Below are positions 15,903 to 26,069 of a stretch of DNA of 34,143 nucleotides, piece by piece (the stretch's first letter is position 1; each line of letters starts with the position of its first letter). Location: assembly GCA_963755025.1 (NCBI GenBank), contig CAVWIH010000002.1:1-34143 (forward strand), written 5' to 3'. The DNA is from an uncultured Actinomycetes bacterium (GTDB lineage: Bacteria; Actinomycetota; Thermoleophilia; UBA2241). The position numbers were made by a program, and so were the translations under genes. The notes beneath the pieces are model-generated. The model did no database searches. It worked only from the letters and a program-made list of their open reading frames with translations, and was not told where the DNA came from.

Positions 15903-16094
15903 ATGGCCGACCTTGAGATCACCCAGATAAAGAGCGGCATCGGTACGCCGCCCGACCACCGCGGCACGTTGCGGGCGCTCGGTATCAAGCGCATGCACCA
16001 CACCGTGGTCCAAGAAGACAACCCGGTCATCCGGGGCATGATCCGCAAAGTGGCGTACCTCGTCGAGGTACGGCCCGCCACGAAGAAATCGTGA
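15903..16094 (+). CDS. rpmD: 50S ribosomal protein uL30
   Basis: ITQIKSGIG, TLRALG, IRGMIRKVAYLV; position between rpsE and rplO. Confidence 0.97.
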   Translation: MADLEITQIKSGIGTPPDHRGTLRALGIKRMHHTVVQEDNPVIRGMIRKVAYLVEVRPATKKS

Positions 16095-16101
16095 GTAAAG
16101 C

Positions 16102-16578
16102 ATGAGCGATCTCGGTCTCAACGACCTCAGGCCCAACCCGGGCTCCACCAGGAACACCAAGCGCCTCGGGCGCGGCAAGGGCAGCGGCCAGGGCAAGACC
16201 GCCGGCCGCGGCCACAAGGGCTTCAACGCCCGCGCCGGCGGCGGTGTGCGCCCCGGTTACGAAGGCGGCCAGATGCCGCTGTATATGAGGCTCGGCAAGC
16301 TGCGCGGGCCCAACGCCAAGAAGAGCATGCCGATCGGGCCGTTCCGCACATACTGCGTACCGGTCAACGTGGGTACGCTCGCCAAGGCGTTCGAGGCGGG
16401 GTCCGAAGTCACCCCCGAGGCCCTCGTCGCCAAGCGCATCGTCAAGAACACCCGCACGCCCATCAAGATCCTGGGCGGCGGCGAGGTCACGGTCGCGCTC
16501 ACAGTGCGCGTCGAGGCGTTCTCTGAAAAGGCGGCCGAGAAGATCGTGGCGGCCGGCGGTAGCATCGAGCTGCTCTAA
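16102..16578 (+). CDS. rplO: 50S ribosomal protein uL15
   Basis: RLGRGKGSGQGKTAGRGHKG, YEGGQMPL, KILGGG, KIVAAGG. Confidence 0.98.
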   Translation: MSDLGLNDLRPNPGSTRNTKRLGRGKGSGQGKTAGRGHKGFNARAGGGVRPGYEGGQMPLYMRLGKLRGPNAKKSMPIGPFRTYCVPVNVGTLAKAFEAGSEVTPEALVAKRIVKNTRTPIKILGGGEVTVALTVRVEAFSEKAAEKIVAAGGSIELL

Positions 16579-16607
16579 CCTGAGCTGCGAACAAGGCGGG
16601 GCGCGGC

Positions 16608-17873
16608 ATGAATAACAAGCTCTGGCAGTCGCTGGCGAACTCCTGGAAGATCCCGGAGCTCCGCAAGAAGCTGCTCTTTACGGCGGCGATGATCGCCATC
16701 TATCGCTTCGGCTCGCACGTGCCGGTGCCGGGCGTGAACATCCAGGCCCTCACCAACTTCTTCAACAGCGGCGCGAGCGGCGTGGTGGGCTTCCTCAACC
16801 TGTTCTCGGGCGGCGCGCTCGGCCGGGTGGCCGTGTTCGCGCTAGGCATCATGCCGTACATCACGGCGTCGATCATCATGCAGCTCCTCACGGTCGTCAT
16901 CCCCAAGCTCGAAGAGCTGCAAAAAGAGGGCGAGCAGGGCCAGAAGATCATCACGCAGTACAGCCGCTACCTCACCGTCGGCCTGGCCGCGGTGCAGTCG
17001 ATCGGCTACATCTTCCTGTTCCGCACCTACCACGCGCTGCCCAACCTGACCATCACCAAGTTCGCCCTGATCATGTTCACCCTCACCGCGGGCGCCACGG
17101 TGGTCATGTGGATCGGCGAGCTCATCACCGCGCGGGGTATCGGCAACGGCATGTCGATCCTCATCTTCATCAGCATCATCTCGCGCCTGCCGGGCGGCAT
17201 TCAGAAGTTCTTCCAGGGCTCCATGTCGCTGGTCTCGCAGATCGGCTTCGTCATCATCGCCCTGGCCGTGGTCGTGGGCGTCATCTGGATCACGAGCGGC
17301 GAGCGTCGCATTCCGGTGCAGTACGCCAAACGCATCGTGGGCCGCCGCATGATGGGCGGCACCAGCACGTTCATACCGCTCAAGGTCAACATGGCGGGCG
17401 TGATCCCGATCATCTTCGCCTCGTCGGTCATGCTCATCCCGCCGACCATCGCGCAGTTCCTGCCGGGCGGCCAGAACAGCTGGTTCTCGCACGCCTTCGG
17501 GCCGAGCTCGATCCCCTACATCGTCGGCGAAGCGCTGCTCATCATCCTGTTCACCTACTTCTATACGGCGGTCACCTTCAACCCGATCGACCAGGCCGAC
17601 AACCTCAAGAAGTACGGCGGCTTCGTGCCCGGCGTGCGCCCGGGGCGGCCCACGGCCGAGTTCCTCGACCGCATCCTCACGCGCCTCACGCTCCCCGGGG
17701 CCCTGTTCCTGGCGGCGCTTGCCGTGTTACCATGGTTGCTCTACCGGTTCCTGAGCGTGCCGTTCAACTTCGGCGGCACCTCCGTTCTGATCGTCGTCGG
17801 CGTCGCGCTCGACACCATGCGCCAGATGGAGGCACAGCTGCTCATGCGGCACTACGAGGGTTTCCTCAAGTAG
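16608..17873 (+). CDS. secY: Preprotein translocase subunit SecY
   Basis: FALGIMPYITASIIMQLL, GIGNGMS, AGVIPIIFASS, PGVRPG, GGTSVLIVVGV. Confidence 0.99.
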   Translation: MNNKLWQSLANSWKIPELRKKLLFTAAMIAIYRFGSHVPVPGVNIQALTNFFNSGASGVVGFLNLFSGGALGRVAVFALGIMPYITASIIMQLLTVVIPKLEELQKEGEQGQKIITQYSRYLTVGLAAVQSIGYIFLFRTYHALPNLTITKFALIMFTLTAGATVVMWIGELITARGIGNGMSILIFISIISRLPGGIQKFFQGSMSLVSQIGFVIIALAVVVGVIWITSGERRIPVQYAKRIVGRRMMGGTSTFIPLKVNMAGVIPIIFASSVMLIPPTIAQFLPGGQNSWFSHAFGPSSIPYIVGEALLIILFTYFYTAVTFNPIDQADNLKKYGGFVPGVRPGRPTAEFLDRILTRLTLPGALFLAALAVLPWLLYRFLSVPFNFGGTSVLIVVGVALDTMRQMEAQLLMRHYEGFLK

Positions 17874-18566
17874 ATGACCTCCCGCCCACTCGACATCGTG
17901 CTGCTGGGAGCGCCGGGGTCGGGTAAGGGCACGCAGTCGGCGCGCATTGCGCCGGCGTTCTGCCTGACCCATATCTCCACCGGAGAGATCCTGCGCGCCG
18001 CCGTCAAGGCGGGGACCGCGCTGGGCGTCGCCGCGAGCGAATCCATGAAGAGCGGCGAATTGGCGCCCGACGACATCGTGATCGGCATCATCCGCGAACG
18101 TCTGGCCGAACCCGACACCGCGACGGGCTTCATGCTCGACGGCTTTCCGCGCACGCTCGACCAGGCGGTGGCGCTCGACGACATGCTCGCCGAAGCCGAC
18201 CGGCAGCTCACGCTGGTGCTGCTCATCGACGTGCCCGAGCGCGAGCTCATCCAGCGGCTCGCCGACCGGCGCACCTGCTCGCAGTGCAAGCGTGGCTACA
18301 ACCTGGTGTTCGACCCGCCCAAGGCGCCCGACGTCTGCGACGTCTGCGGCGGCGAGCTCTACCAGCGCGACGACGACAACGAAGACATCGTGCGCCACCG
18401 GCTGCAGGTCTACGTGCGCCAGACGGCGCCGCTGACCGGCTATTACCGCGACAAAGGCATCCTGGCGACCGTCTACGGCGGGGGGCGCAACCCCGACCAG
18501 GTCTACGGCGACATCGAACACGTGCTGACCGCCGCTCAGCGGCAGGGGGCGACGCAACCGGCATGA
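17874..18566 (+). CDS. adk: Adenylate kinase (long, four-Cys LID)
   Basis: GAPGSGKGTQ, HISTG, LDGFPR, CSQC...CDVC, QRDDD. Confidence 0.98.
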   Translation: MTSRPLDIVLLGAPGSGKGTQSARIAPAFCLTHISTGEILRAAVKAGTALGVAASESMKSGELAPDDIVIGIIRERLAEPDTATGFMLDGFPRTLDQAVALDDMLAEADRQLTLVLLIDVPERELIQRLADRRTCSQCKRGYNLVFDPPKAPDVCDVCGGELYQRDDDNEDIVRHRLQVYVRQTAPLTGYYRDKGILATVYGGGRNPDQVYGDIEHVLTAAQRQGATQPA

Positions 18567-19351
18567 TCGTGCGCAAGTCACAGTCCGAGATACGCCGCAT
18601 CGCCGCGGCTGGCGCCATCCTGGCCGACTGCCTCGACATGCTGATCGGCGCCGTCAAGCCCGGCATCACCACCCTCGAGCTCGACGGCATGGCCGAAGAG
18701 TTCATACGAGCCCGCGGCGGCACGCCCACGTTCCTCGGCTACCGCGGTTTTCCCAAGTCCATCTGCGCCTCGCCCAACGACATGGTCGTGCACGGCATAC
18801 CGGGCGCCTACACGGTCGCCGCGGGCGACGTCCTGTCGCTCGACGTGGGCGTCACGCTGCAGGGCTACGTCGCCGACTCCGCGACCACCGTGGCCGTGGG
18901 CGACGTCGGTCCCGAAGCCCTGCGCCTGCTCGACGTCACGCGGCGCTCGCTCGAAGCGGGCATCGGCGCCTGCAAGGTGGGCAACCGCCTGGGCGACATC
19001 TCGCACGCCGTGCAGGAGGTCGTCGAAGCGGCCGGCTTTGGCGTGGTGCGCTCGCTGGTCGGTCACGGCGTCGGGCGCGAGATGCACGAAGAGCCGCAGA
19101 TCCCCAACTATGGGCCGGCCGGCAAGGGGCCGCGCCTCGAAGCCGGCATGGTGTTCGCCATCGAGCCCATGGTCAACGTCCACGATCACGACGTCTATGT
19201 CGGGCCCGACCGCTGGAGCATCTTCAGCGCCGACGGTTCGCTCTCGGCGCACTTCGAGCACACGGTGGCCCTGACGGCCGCCGGTCCGCGCGTGCTCACC
19301 AGACGGACGAGCGAGGTGATGGGCGGCGCCGGTCAGGCGGTCACCGCCTGA
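18563..19351 (+). CDS. map: Methionine aminopeptidase type I
   Basis: [35 protein letters not shown]; ATGA overlap with adk. Confidence 0.98.
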   Translation: MIVRKSQSEIRRIAAAGAILADCLDMLIGAVKPGITTLELDGMAEEFIRARGGTPTFLGYRGFPKSICASPNDMVVHGIPGAYTVAAGDVLSLDVGVTLQGYVADSATTVAVGDVGPEALRLLDVTRRSLEAGIGACKVGNRLGDISHAVQEVVEAAGFGVVRSLVGHGVGREMHEEPQIPNYGPAGKGPRLEAGMVFAIEPMVNVHDHDVYVGPDRWSIFSADGSLSAHFEHTVALTAAGPRVLTRRTSEVMGGAGQAVTA

Positions 19352-19368
19352 CGGCTCCGCCGGCATCC

Positions 19369-19397
19369 TCGACTCGGCAAAAGCGCTGTGGTATCAT
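19369..19397 (+). promoter_or_regulatory. Promoter for infA/alpha operon
   Basis: TCGACT-N17-TATCAT with extended TG; preceded by hairpin gtcaggcgg/ccgcctgac (19332-19352) over the map stop. Confidence 0.6.
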
Positions 19398-19427
19398 GAG
19401 CGGCCGCGTTCTCGAACGACAGGGAGT

Positions 19428-19649
19428 ATGGCAAACAAAGAAGAAGCGATAGAGATCGAAGGCGAGGTAGTCGAAGCCCTGCCCAACACCATGTTCAGGG
19501 TGCTCCTCGACAATAAACACGAAGTACTTGCGCATATTTCGGGCAAGATGCGTATGAACTACATTCGCATCCTGCCCGGCGATCGCGTAAAGGTCGAACT
19601 CTCACCGTACGACCTCAAGCGCGGGAGAATCACCTACAGGTTCAAGTAG
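19428..19649 (+). CDS. infA: Translation initiation factor IF-1
   Basis: [34 protein letters not shown]. Confidence 0.99.
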   Translation: MANKEEAIEIEGEVVEALPNTMFRVLLDNKHEVLAHISGKMRMNYIRILPGDRVKVELSPYDLKRGRITYRFK

Positions 19650-19723
19650 GCGCTCGAACCGGTGATCGAGGCAGGCATGCCCGCCGGTTCTGGGGGCCGC
19701 TTGCGCGTTCAAGTGAGGATGGC

Positions 19724-19837
19724 ATGAAGGTCAGAGCATCAGTAAAGCCGATCTGCGAGAAGTGCAAGGTCATCAGGCGGCACGGTGTCGTCCAGGTGAT
19801 CTGCACCAACCCGCGTCACCGGCAAAGGCAGGGGTAA
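19724..19837 (+). CDS. rpmJ: 50S ribosomal protein bL36 (C+ form); not in the ORF track
   Basis: Read manually: [37 protein letters not shown]. Confidence 0.99.
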   Translation: MKVRASVKPICEKCKVIRRHGVVQVICTNPRHRQRQG

Positions 19838-19841
19838 GCGA

Positions 19842-20213
19842 ATGGCACGAATCGCGGGCGTCAACATCCCGCCGCAGAAGCGGGTCGAGATCGGTCTCAC
19901 CTACATCTACGGCGTAGGCCGGTCGACCTCTAACACCATCCTCGCGACCTTGAGCATCGATCCCGATACCAAGGTCCGCGACCTGACCGAAGAAGAAGTC
20001 GTGCGCCTGCGCGAGGCCATCGACGGGTCTGTTACCGTCGAAGGCGACCTTCGCCGCGAGCGCTCGCAGAACATCAAGCGGCTCATGGACATCGGCTGCT
20101 ACCGCGGTATCCGCCATCGCCGCGGCATGCCGGTCGACGGCCAGCGCACCAAGACCAACGCCCGCACGCGCAAGGGTCCCAAAAAGACCGTAGGCGCGCG
20201 CCGCAAGAAGTAA
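19842..20213 (+). CDS. rpsM: 30S ribosomal protein uS13
   Basis: [31 protein letters not shown]. Confidence 0.99.
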   Translation: MARIAGVNIPPQKRVEIGLTYIYGVGRSTSNTILATLSIDPDTKVRDLTEEEVVRLREAIDGSVTVEGDLRRERSQNIKRLMDIGCYRGIRHRRGMPVDGQRTKTNARTRKGPKKTVGARRKK

Positions 20214-20251
20214 CCAACGTCTAAGCAGACGACCCGGAGGTCGAGAGCAGA

Positions 20252-20650
20252 GTGGCAAGACCGCAAAGAGCCAAAGGACGCCAGCGGCGCAAGGTTCGCA
20301 AGAACATCGCCATCGGCCAGGCGCATATCAAGACGTCGTTCAACAACACCCTGGTGACGCTCACCGACAAAGAGGGCAACGTCATCGCCTGGGAGAGTGC
20401 CGGCGCGGTCGGCTTCAAGGGCTCGCGCAAGAGCACGCCGTTCGCGGCGCAGGTCACCGCCGAATCGGCCGCCCGCAAGGGCATGGAGCACGGCCTCCAG
20501 AAGGTCGAAGTCTTCGTACGCGGCCCGGGTTCCGGGCGCGAGACGGCCATCCGTTCACTTCAAGCTGCGGGGCTTGAGATCCTCGGCGTCAAAGACGTGA
20601 CGCCGGTACCGCACAATGGCTGCCGCCCTCGTAAGCGGCGCCGGGTCTAG
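20252..20650 (+). CDS. rpsK: 30S ribosomal protein uS11
   Basis: [38 protein letters not shown]. Confidence 0.99.
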   Translation: MARPQRAKGRQRRKVRKNIAIGQAHIKTSFNNTLVTLTDKEGNVIAWESAGAVGFKGSRKSTPFAAQVTAESAARKGMEHGLQKVEVFVRGPGSGRETAIRSLQAAGLEILGVKDVTPVPHNGCRPRKRRRV

Positions 20651-20664
20651 CGAGGTGCGCGCCG

Positions 20665-21285
20665 ATGGCTAGAGATCTTTCACCCCAGTGCAAGCAGTGC
20701 CGCCGCGAAGGCATGAAGCTCCTGCTCAAGGGCGAGCGCTGCTTCACCGACAAGTGCGCGGTCGAACGTCGCGCGTACCCGCCGGGCGAACACGGCCGCG
20801 GGCGCATCAAGCAGTCCGAGTATCTGCTGCAGCTTCGCGAAAAGCAGAAGGCACGGCGCTTCTACCAGGTCCTCGAAAAGCAGTTCCACCATTACTACGT
20901 GGTGGCGAGCGGCCAGCAGGGCATCACCGGCGAAAACCTTCTGCGCCTTCTCGAGATCAGGCTCGACAACGTGGTCTACCGGCTGGGCTTCGGCGCTTCA
21001 CGCCGCCAGGCTCGCCAGCTTGTCCGTCACGCCCATTTCCTGGTGAACGGCAAGAAGGTCGACATCCCGTCGTACCAGGTGCGGCCCAACGACGTCATCT
21101 CGGTCAAGGGCTCGAGCAAGGCCACCGAGACGATCCGCGCGGCGACCGACCTCACGGCTTCGGTGGCGCCCTGGCTGCAGGCCGATCACGACAATCTGAC
21201 CGGCAAAGTCCTGCGGTTCCCCGAGCGCAGCGAGATCTCTGCGCCGGTGCAGGAGCAGCTCATCGTCGAGCTCTACTCGAAGTAG
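20665..21285 (+). CDS. rpsD: 30S ribosomal protein uS4 (C+ form)
   Basis: [34 protein letters not shown]. Confidence 0.99.
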   Translation: MARDLSPQCKQCRREGMKLLLKGERCFTDKCAVERRAYPPGEHGRGRIKQSEYLLQLREKQKARRFYQVLEKQFHHYYVVASGQQGITGENLLRLLEIRLDNVVYRLGFGASRRQARQLVRHAHFLVNGKKVDIPSYQVRPNDVISVKGSSKATETIRAATDLTASVAPWLQADHDNLTGKVLRFPERSEISAPVQEQLIVELYSK

Positions 21286-21343
21286 TCGATCCATCTCCCG
21301 GCTTTCACCTTAAGCCGACAAGAGAACAGTTACAGGAGGCCAG

Positions 21344-22288
21344 TTGCTTACCTTCCAGATGCCCAACATCACCCGCGAGCAGGTGGCGAACAACCGCACA
21401 CGCTTCGAGGTAGAGCCGCTCGACCGGGGCTTTGGGCACACGTTCGGCAACGCGCTGCGGCGCGTCCTCCTGTCGTCGCTCGAAGGGGCGGCCGTGAGCT
21501 CGGTCAAGATCGAAGGGGTCTCGCACGAGTTCTCTACGCTGCCCGGCTTAAAAGAGGACGTCACCGACGTCATCCTCAACCTCAAGGGCATCATCTGCCG
21601 TCTGCACGGTGAGCTCGACGAGGTCCAGGTACGCCTGGTCAAAGACAAGCCCGGCAAGGTCGTGGCCGCCGACATCGACGTACCGGCCGAGCTCGAGGTG
21701 CTGAACCCCGACCACTACATCGCCTCGCTTTCGGGCGGCGGCGCGCTCGAGATGACCCTCACCATCAGGCGCGGCACGGGGTATGTGTCGGCCGACGGCA
21801 ACAAGGCGGCCGAGACCGTCATCGGCGTCATGCCGATCGACTCCATCTTCAGCCCCATCAAGCGCGTCTCCTACATCGTCGAGAGCGCTCGTGTCGGCCA
21901 GCGTACCGACTACGACAAGCTCATCCTCGACGTCGTCACCAACGGCGCCATCACGCCCGAAGAGGCGCTGCGCCAGTCGGCCGAGATCCTGGTCGACCGG
22001 CTGCAGATCTTCACCGACCCCGACCGCCAGCACGCCCTCGACGAATTCCCCATCGAAGGTGTCGGCGCGGCTGCCGGCGGCGGCATGGACGACGTCCTGA
22101 TCGAAGAGCTCGAACTGGGCGTGCGCTCCTACAACTGTCTCAAGCGCGAAGGCATTCAAACGGTCGGCGACCTCGTCACCAAGACCGAAGCCGAGCTGCT
22201 GAACATTCCCAACTTCGGCAAGAAGAGCATCGACGAAGTCAAAGAGAAGCTCGCCGAGCGCGGCTTGTCGTTACGGGGTGAGGACTGA
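21344..22288 (+). CDS. rpoA: RNA polymerase alpha subunit
   Basis: [46 protein letters not shown]; TTG start after AGGAGG. Confidence 0.99.
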   Translation: MLTFQMPNITREQVANNRTRFEVEPLDRGFGHTFGNALRRVLLSSLEGAAVSSVKIEGVSHEFSTLPGLKEDVTDVILNLKGIICRLHGELDEVQVRLVKDKPGKVVAADIDVPAELEVLNPDHYIASLSGGGALEMTLTIRRGTGYVSADGNKAAETVIGVMPIDSIFSPIKRVSYIVESARVGQRTDYDKLILDVVTNGAITPEEALRQSAEILVDRLQIFTDPDRQHALDEFPIEGVGAAAGGGMDDVLIEELELGVRSYNCLKREGIQTVGDLVTKTEAELLNIPNFGKKSIDEVKEKLAERGLSLRGED

Positions 22289-22638
22289 TGCGTCACCAAA
22301 ACTCAGGCCGCAAGTTCAACATGCCGCCCGATCAGCGCAAGTCGCTGCTGACCGGCTTGGCGGTCGCCGTGCTCGAGCACGAAAAGATCAAGTGCAGCCA
22401 CGCGCGCGCCAAAGAGGTGCAGTCGCTGGTCGAGCAGTCCATCACGCTCGGCAAGCGCGGCGACCTCGCCGCTCGCCGGCTCGCCATCGCCAAGCTGCGC
22501 AACAAAGAGATCGTCTACAAGCTGTTCAACGACATCTCACCGCGCTACGCCGATCGCAACGGCGGCTACACCCGCGTCATCAAGCTGGGGCCGCGCCAGG
22601 GCGACGCCTGCGAGATGGCGTATCTCGAGCTGGTCTAG
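22288..22638 (+). CDS. rplQ: 50S ribosomal protein bL17
   Basis: MRH start, RNGGYTRVIKLGPRQGD, MAYLELV. Confidence 0.98.
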   Translation: MRHQNSGRKFNMPPDQRKSLLTGLAVAVLEHEKIKCSHARAKEVQSLVEQSITLGKRGDLAARRLAIAKLRNKEIVYKLFNDISPRYADRNGGYTRVIKLGPRQGDACEMAYLELV

Positions 22639-22672
22639 CCCGCGAGGGCGTGGCCACCCACGCAAGGTTCGC

Positions 22673-22711
22673 AGGGGCGGGGGCGCCGCAGGCGCCCCCG
22701 CCCCTTTTTTT
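22673..22711 (+). terminator. Rho-independent terminator closing the ribosomal supercluster
   Basis: aggggcgggggcgcc-gca-ggcgcccccgcccct followed by T-rich tract tttttttgtttctt. Confidence 0.93.
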
Positions 22712-22773
22712 GTTTCTTCTCGCCACTGCAACGCGCGCGACCGACTTGAGCGCCGGCACTCGGGGGTGAAGGC

Positions 22774-24508
22774 GTGTCGCTGATCGACATCGAGGGGCTG
22801 CGGTTCAGCTACGGCGGCGCGGCCGACGACGCCCTGCGGGGCGTCGACCTCGTCGTCGAGCGCGGCGAGTTCGTCGCCGTGGTGGGCGCCAACGGCTCGG
22901 GCAAGTCGACGCTCGGCCGCCTGCTCGGGGGGCTGGCGCGACCGACCTATGCCACGCGTGCGCAGGTCTGCGGTCACGAGCTGCACGAGCGCCGAGGGTC
23001 ATTTCGCCGTGCGCCGCGACGTCGGCGTGCTGTTCCAGAACCCCGACAACCAGATCGTGGGGGCGACCGTCGAAGAAGACCTCGCCTTCGGCCTCGAGAA
23101 CATCGCCCTGCCCTCTCCCGAGATCGCCCGTCGCGTCGACGACATGCTCGAGCGCTTCGACCTTGCCGGCCTGCGCGGCCGCGAGCCCCACCTGCTGTCG
23201 GGCGGTCAGCGGCAGCGCACGGCCCTTGCCGGCGTGCTCGCCGTGCCGCGCCGCGTGCTCGTGCTCGACGAACCGACCGCCATGCTCGACCCCGCCGGTC
23301 GCGACGAGGTGCTCGCCGCCGTGCGCGCCGAGGCCGACGCGCGGCCTGACCATCGTGTTCATCACCCAGGAGATGGACGAGGTGCTGCTCGCCGACCGGG
23401 TGGTGGCGCTGGCCGCCGGGCGGGCCGTCTTCGACGGCCCGCCCGGCGGCCTCTTCGCGCAAACCGCGCTCCTCGAGGAGCTCTCGCTCGGCCTGCCGCC
23501 CGCCGCCGAGCTGAGCCTTGTCCTGCTCGAACGCGGCGTCCTGCCCGAGCTCACGCTCACCCTCGACAAGCTCGTCGCCGCCCTCGGTGCGACGCCGCCC
23601 TGCGGGAGCGGGCCCGCCGGCGCGGCCGCCTCGCACGACGCAGGGCCCGCGCCGGCGGCGACCGCGCGCCGGCGCTGCCCGCGGTCGTCCCGCTGGGCGT
23701 GGTCTGCCGCGACGTGTCGTTTCGCTACGACGAGGGGGCGACCACAGTGGCCGCCCTGAGCGCCGTCGACCTGGAGCTGGCCCCGGGGAGCGCCGTGGCC
23801 CTGCTCGGCCCGACGGGTTCCGGTAAGTCGACGCTGCTGCAGCTCGTGCGCGGCTTGCTGAGCCCCGACCAGGGCAGCGTGCTGCTCGACGGACTGGAGC
23901 CTGAGCAGGCCGGCCACGACGACCGCGAACGGCGCATCGGGCTCGTCTTTCAGATGCCCGAGATGCAGCTCTTCGCGGCCACCTGCCGCGACGACGTGGC
24001 GTTCGGGCCGCGCCAGCTCGGCTGGCCGCCCGCCGAGGTCGACGACGCCGTCGCCGGCGCTCTCACGGCGGTGGGCCTGCCGCCCGCGAGCTTCGCTGAG
24101 CGCCATCCGTATTCACTCTCCGGGGGCGAGCAGCGCCGGCTGGCGCTGGCCGGGGTGCTCGCCATGCGTCCCGCGCTGCTGTTGCTCGACGAGCCGTTCG
24201 TGAGCCTCGACCCGGCCTCGCGGCGCGACCTGCAGGCGATCCTCGGCGACCTGCGCGCCTCGGGCATGGGACTGGTGCTGGCCACCCACGACGTCGATCG
24301 CGCCTACGCGCTCTGCGATTCGCGCATCGTGCTCGACCAGGGATCCGTGGTCGACGCCGGCCCCTGGCGTTTCGGCGCCGGCGGCGAAGAGGCTCTGCTC
24401 GCGCACCGCCTGAGGCCGCCGTTCGTGGTCGAGCTGTGGGGGCGCCTCGGCCGCAAGGCGGCCGGGGCGCCCCCACAGCTCGCCGCCGCCGCCGAGGCGC
24501 TGCCGTGA
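22774..24508 (+). CDS. ECF transporter ATPase, probably fused EcfA-EcfA' (two ABC domains), with apparent frameshifts near 22985, 23345 and 23665
   Basis: Domain 1: [32 protein letters not shown]-switch spread over three frames; domain 2: [33 protein letters not shown]; typical position rplQ-ecfA-ecfA'-ecfT-truA. Confidence 0.85.
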
Positions 24509-24524
24509 GCGGCGGGGAGCGGGG

Positions 24525-25316
24525 GTGGTCGCGGTGAGGATGGCGATCGCCCAGTACTACCCGCGGCCGTCGCTCATCCATCGCCTCGACCCGCGCTGCA
24601 AGGTGGTCGCCGTGACGGTGCTCGTCATAGGCCTGTTCCTGCGTTCGTCGTTCGCCGGCCTGGCGGTCTACGGCGTGGCGGCGGCGGCCGGCCTGCTGCT
24701 GAGCGGCGTGCCGCTGGGCTGGGTGGCGCGCGGCCTGCGCCCGGTGGCCTGGCTGCTGGTCCTCACGTTCATCGTGCAGCTCCTCTTCGCGCCCGGGCGC
24801 GCCTTTTACACGTTCGGGCCGCTCCACCTGTCGACGCGCGGCCTCGCCATCGCCGGCTACCTCAGCCTGCGCCTCGTGGTGCTGGTGGTCGCCAGCCTGC
24901 TGCTCACCCTGACGACGCCGCCCATCGCGCTCACCGACGCGCTCGCCTGGCTGGGCCGGCCCCTGCGCCGCCTGCGCGTGCCCACCGAGGAGCTCGCGCT
25001 CATGGTCACCATCGCCCTGCGCTTCATTCCCACGCTGCTGCAGGAGATCGACACCATCATGAAGGCCCAGCGGGCGCGCGGGGCGAGCTTCAACCGCGGC
25101 GGGCCGCTGCGCCGGGCGCGGGCCCTGGTGCCGGTGCTGGTGCCGCTGTTCATCCTGAGCTTTCGCCGGGCCGACGAGCTCGCCCTGGCGATGGACGCGC
25201 GCTGCTACCTGCCCGGCGCGCCGCGCACCCACCTGCACCCGCTGCAGGCCCACCGACGCGACGCCGTACTGCTCGTGGTGGTCGTGGCGGTCGTCGTGCT
25301 GGCGGAGCTGATCTAG
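24525..25316 (+). CDS. ecfT: ECF transporter transmembrane component EcfT (CbiQ family)
   Basis: HRLDPRCK, LTLTT, IALRFIPTL, AQRARG, AMDARCY; start could be ATG 24540. Confidence 0.95.
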   Translation: MVAVRMAIAQYYPRPSLIHRLDPRCKVVAVTVLVIGLFLRSSFAGLAVYGVAAAAGLLLSGVPLGWVARGLRPVAWLLVLTFIVQLLFAPGRAFYTFGPLHLSTRGLAIAGYLSLRLVVLVVASLLLTLTTPPIALTDALAWLGRPLRRLRVPTEELALMVTIALRFIPTLLQEIDTIMKAQRARGASFNRGGPLRRARALVPVLVPLFILSFRRADELALAMDARCYLPGAPRTHLHPLQAHRRDAVLLVVVVAVVVLAELI

Positions 25317-26068
25317 TGGGCGGCGCTCGCGAGTCGTGGCGGCTCGACCTCGCCTACGACGGCACGCCGTTCGACGGCTGGGCGCGGCAGCCCGGCCGGC
25401 GCACGGTCGAGGGCGAGCTCGAAGCCGCCCTGGCGACGGTGCTGCGCGAGCCCGTGCGACTGAGCGTCGCCGGCCGCACCGACGCCGGCGTGCACGCGCT
25501 CGCCCAGGTGGCGTCGTTCGGTGCGCCGGCAGGCGTGGTCGAGCCGCATCGCCTGCGCCTTGCCCTGAACGCCCTGCTGCCCGGCGAGATCTCGGTGGCC
25601 GGTGTGTCGCGGGCGCCCGACGGGTTCGACGCCCGCGCGGCCGCCGCGCGCACCTATCGCTACCGGCTCTGGCTGCCCGACTCACGGCCGGTCTTCGAGC
25701 GCCTTTACGTCTGGGACGTGCGCGGTACGGTCGACCTCGACCTGCTGCAGGCCGCGGCCGCCCTGTTCGTGGGCCGTCACGACTTCTCGGCATTGACCTC
25801 GTCGGCGCGCTTTTACCGCACCTGCGAGCGCACCATCGCGAATGCGCAGTGGCGCCTGGCGCCCGACGGCCGCGAGGCTCAGTTCGAGATCACCGCCGAC
25901 AGCTTCCTGCACAACATGGTGCGGGTCGCGGTGGGCTCGATGGTCGACGTCGCCCAGGGCCGCCTCAGTCTGGTCAAGCTCTCGGACGGACTGGCCGGCG
26001 GACGCCGCGCCGAGCTCGGACGCACGGCGCCCGCCCGCGGCCTCGCCTTGCTGCGGGTCGACTACTGA
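25316..26068 (+). CDS. truA: tRNA pseudouridine(38-40) synthase
   Basis: AYDGTPFDGW, AGRTDAGVHA, FLHNMVR, TAPARGL. Confidence 0.97.
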   Translation: MGGARESWRLDLAYDGTPFDGWARQPGRRTVEGELEAALATVLREPVRLSVAGRTDAGVHALAQVASFGAPAGVVEPHRLRLALNALLPGEISVAGVSRAPDGFDARAAAARTYRYRLWLPDSRPVFERLYVWDVRGTVDLDLLQAAAALFVGRHDFSALTSSARFYRTCERTIANAQWRLAPDGREAQFEITADSFLHNMVRVAVGSMVDVAQGRLSLVKLSDGLAGGRRAELGRTAPARGLALLRVDY

Positions 26069-26069
26069 C

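Noticed and set aside
22980-23350. Programmed ribosomal frameshifting in ecfA
   Set aside because: No slippery heptamer, and several shifts in one gene are better explained by indel errors
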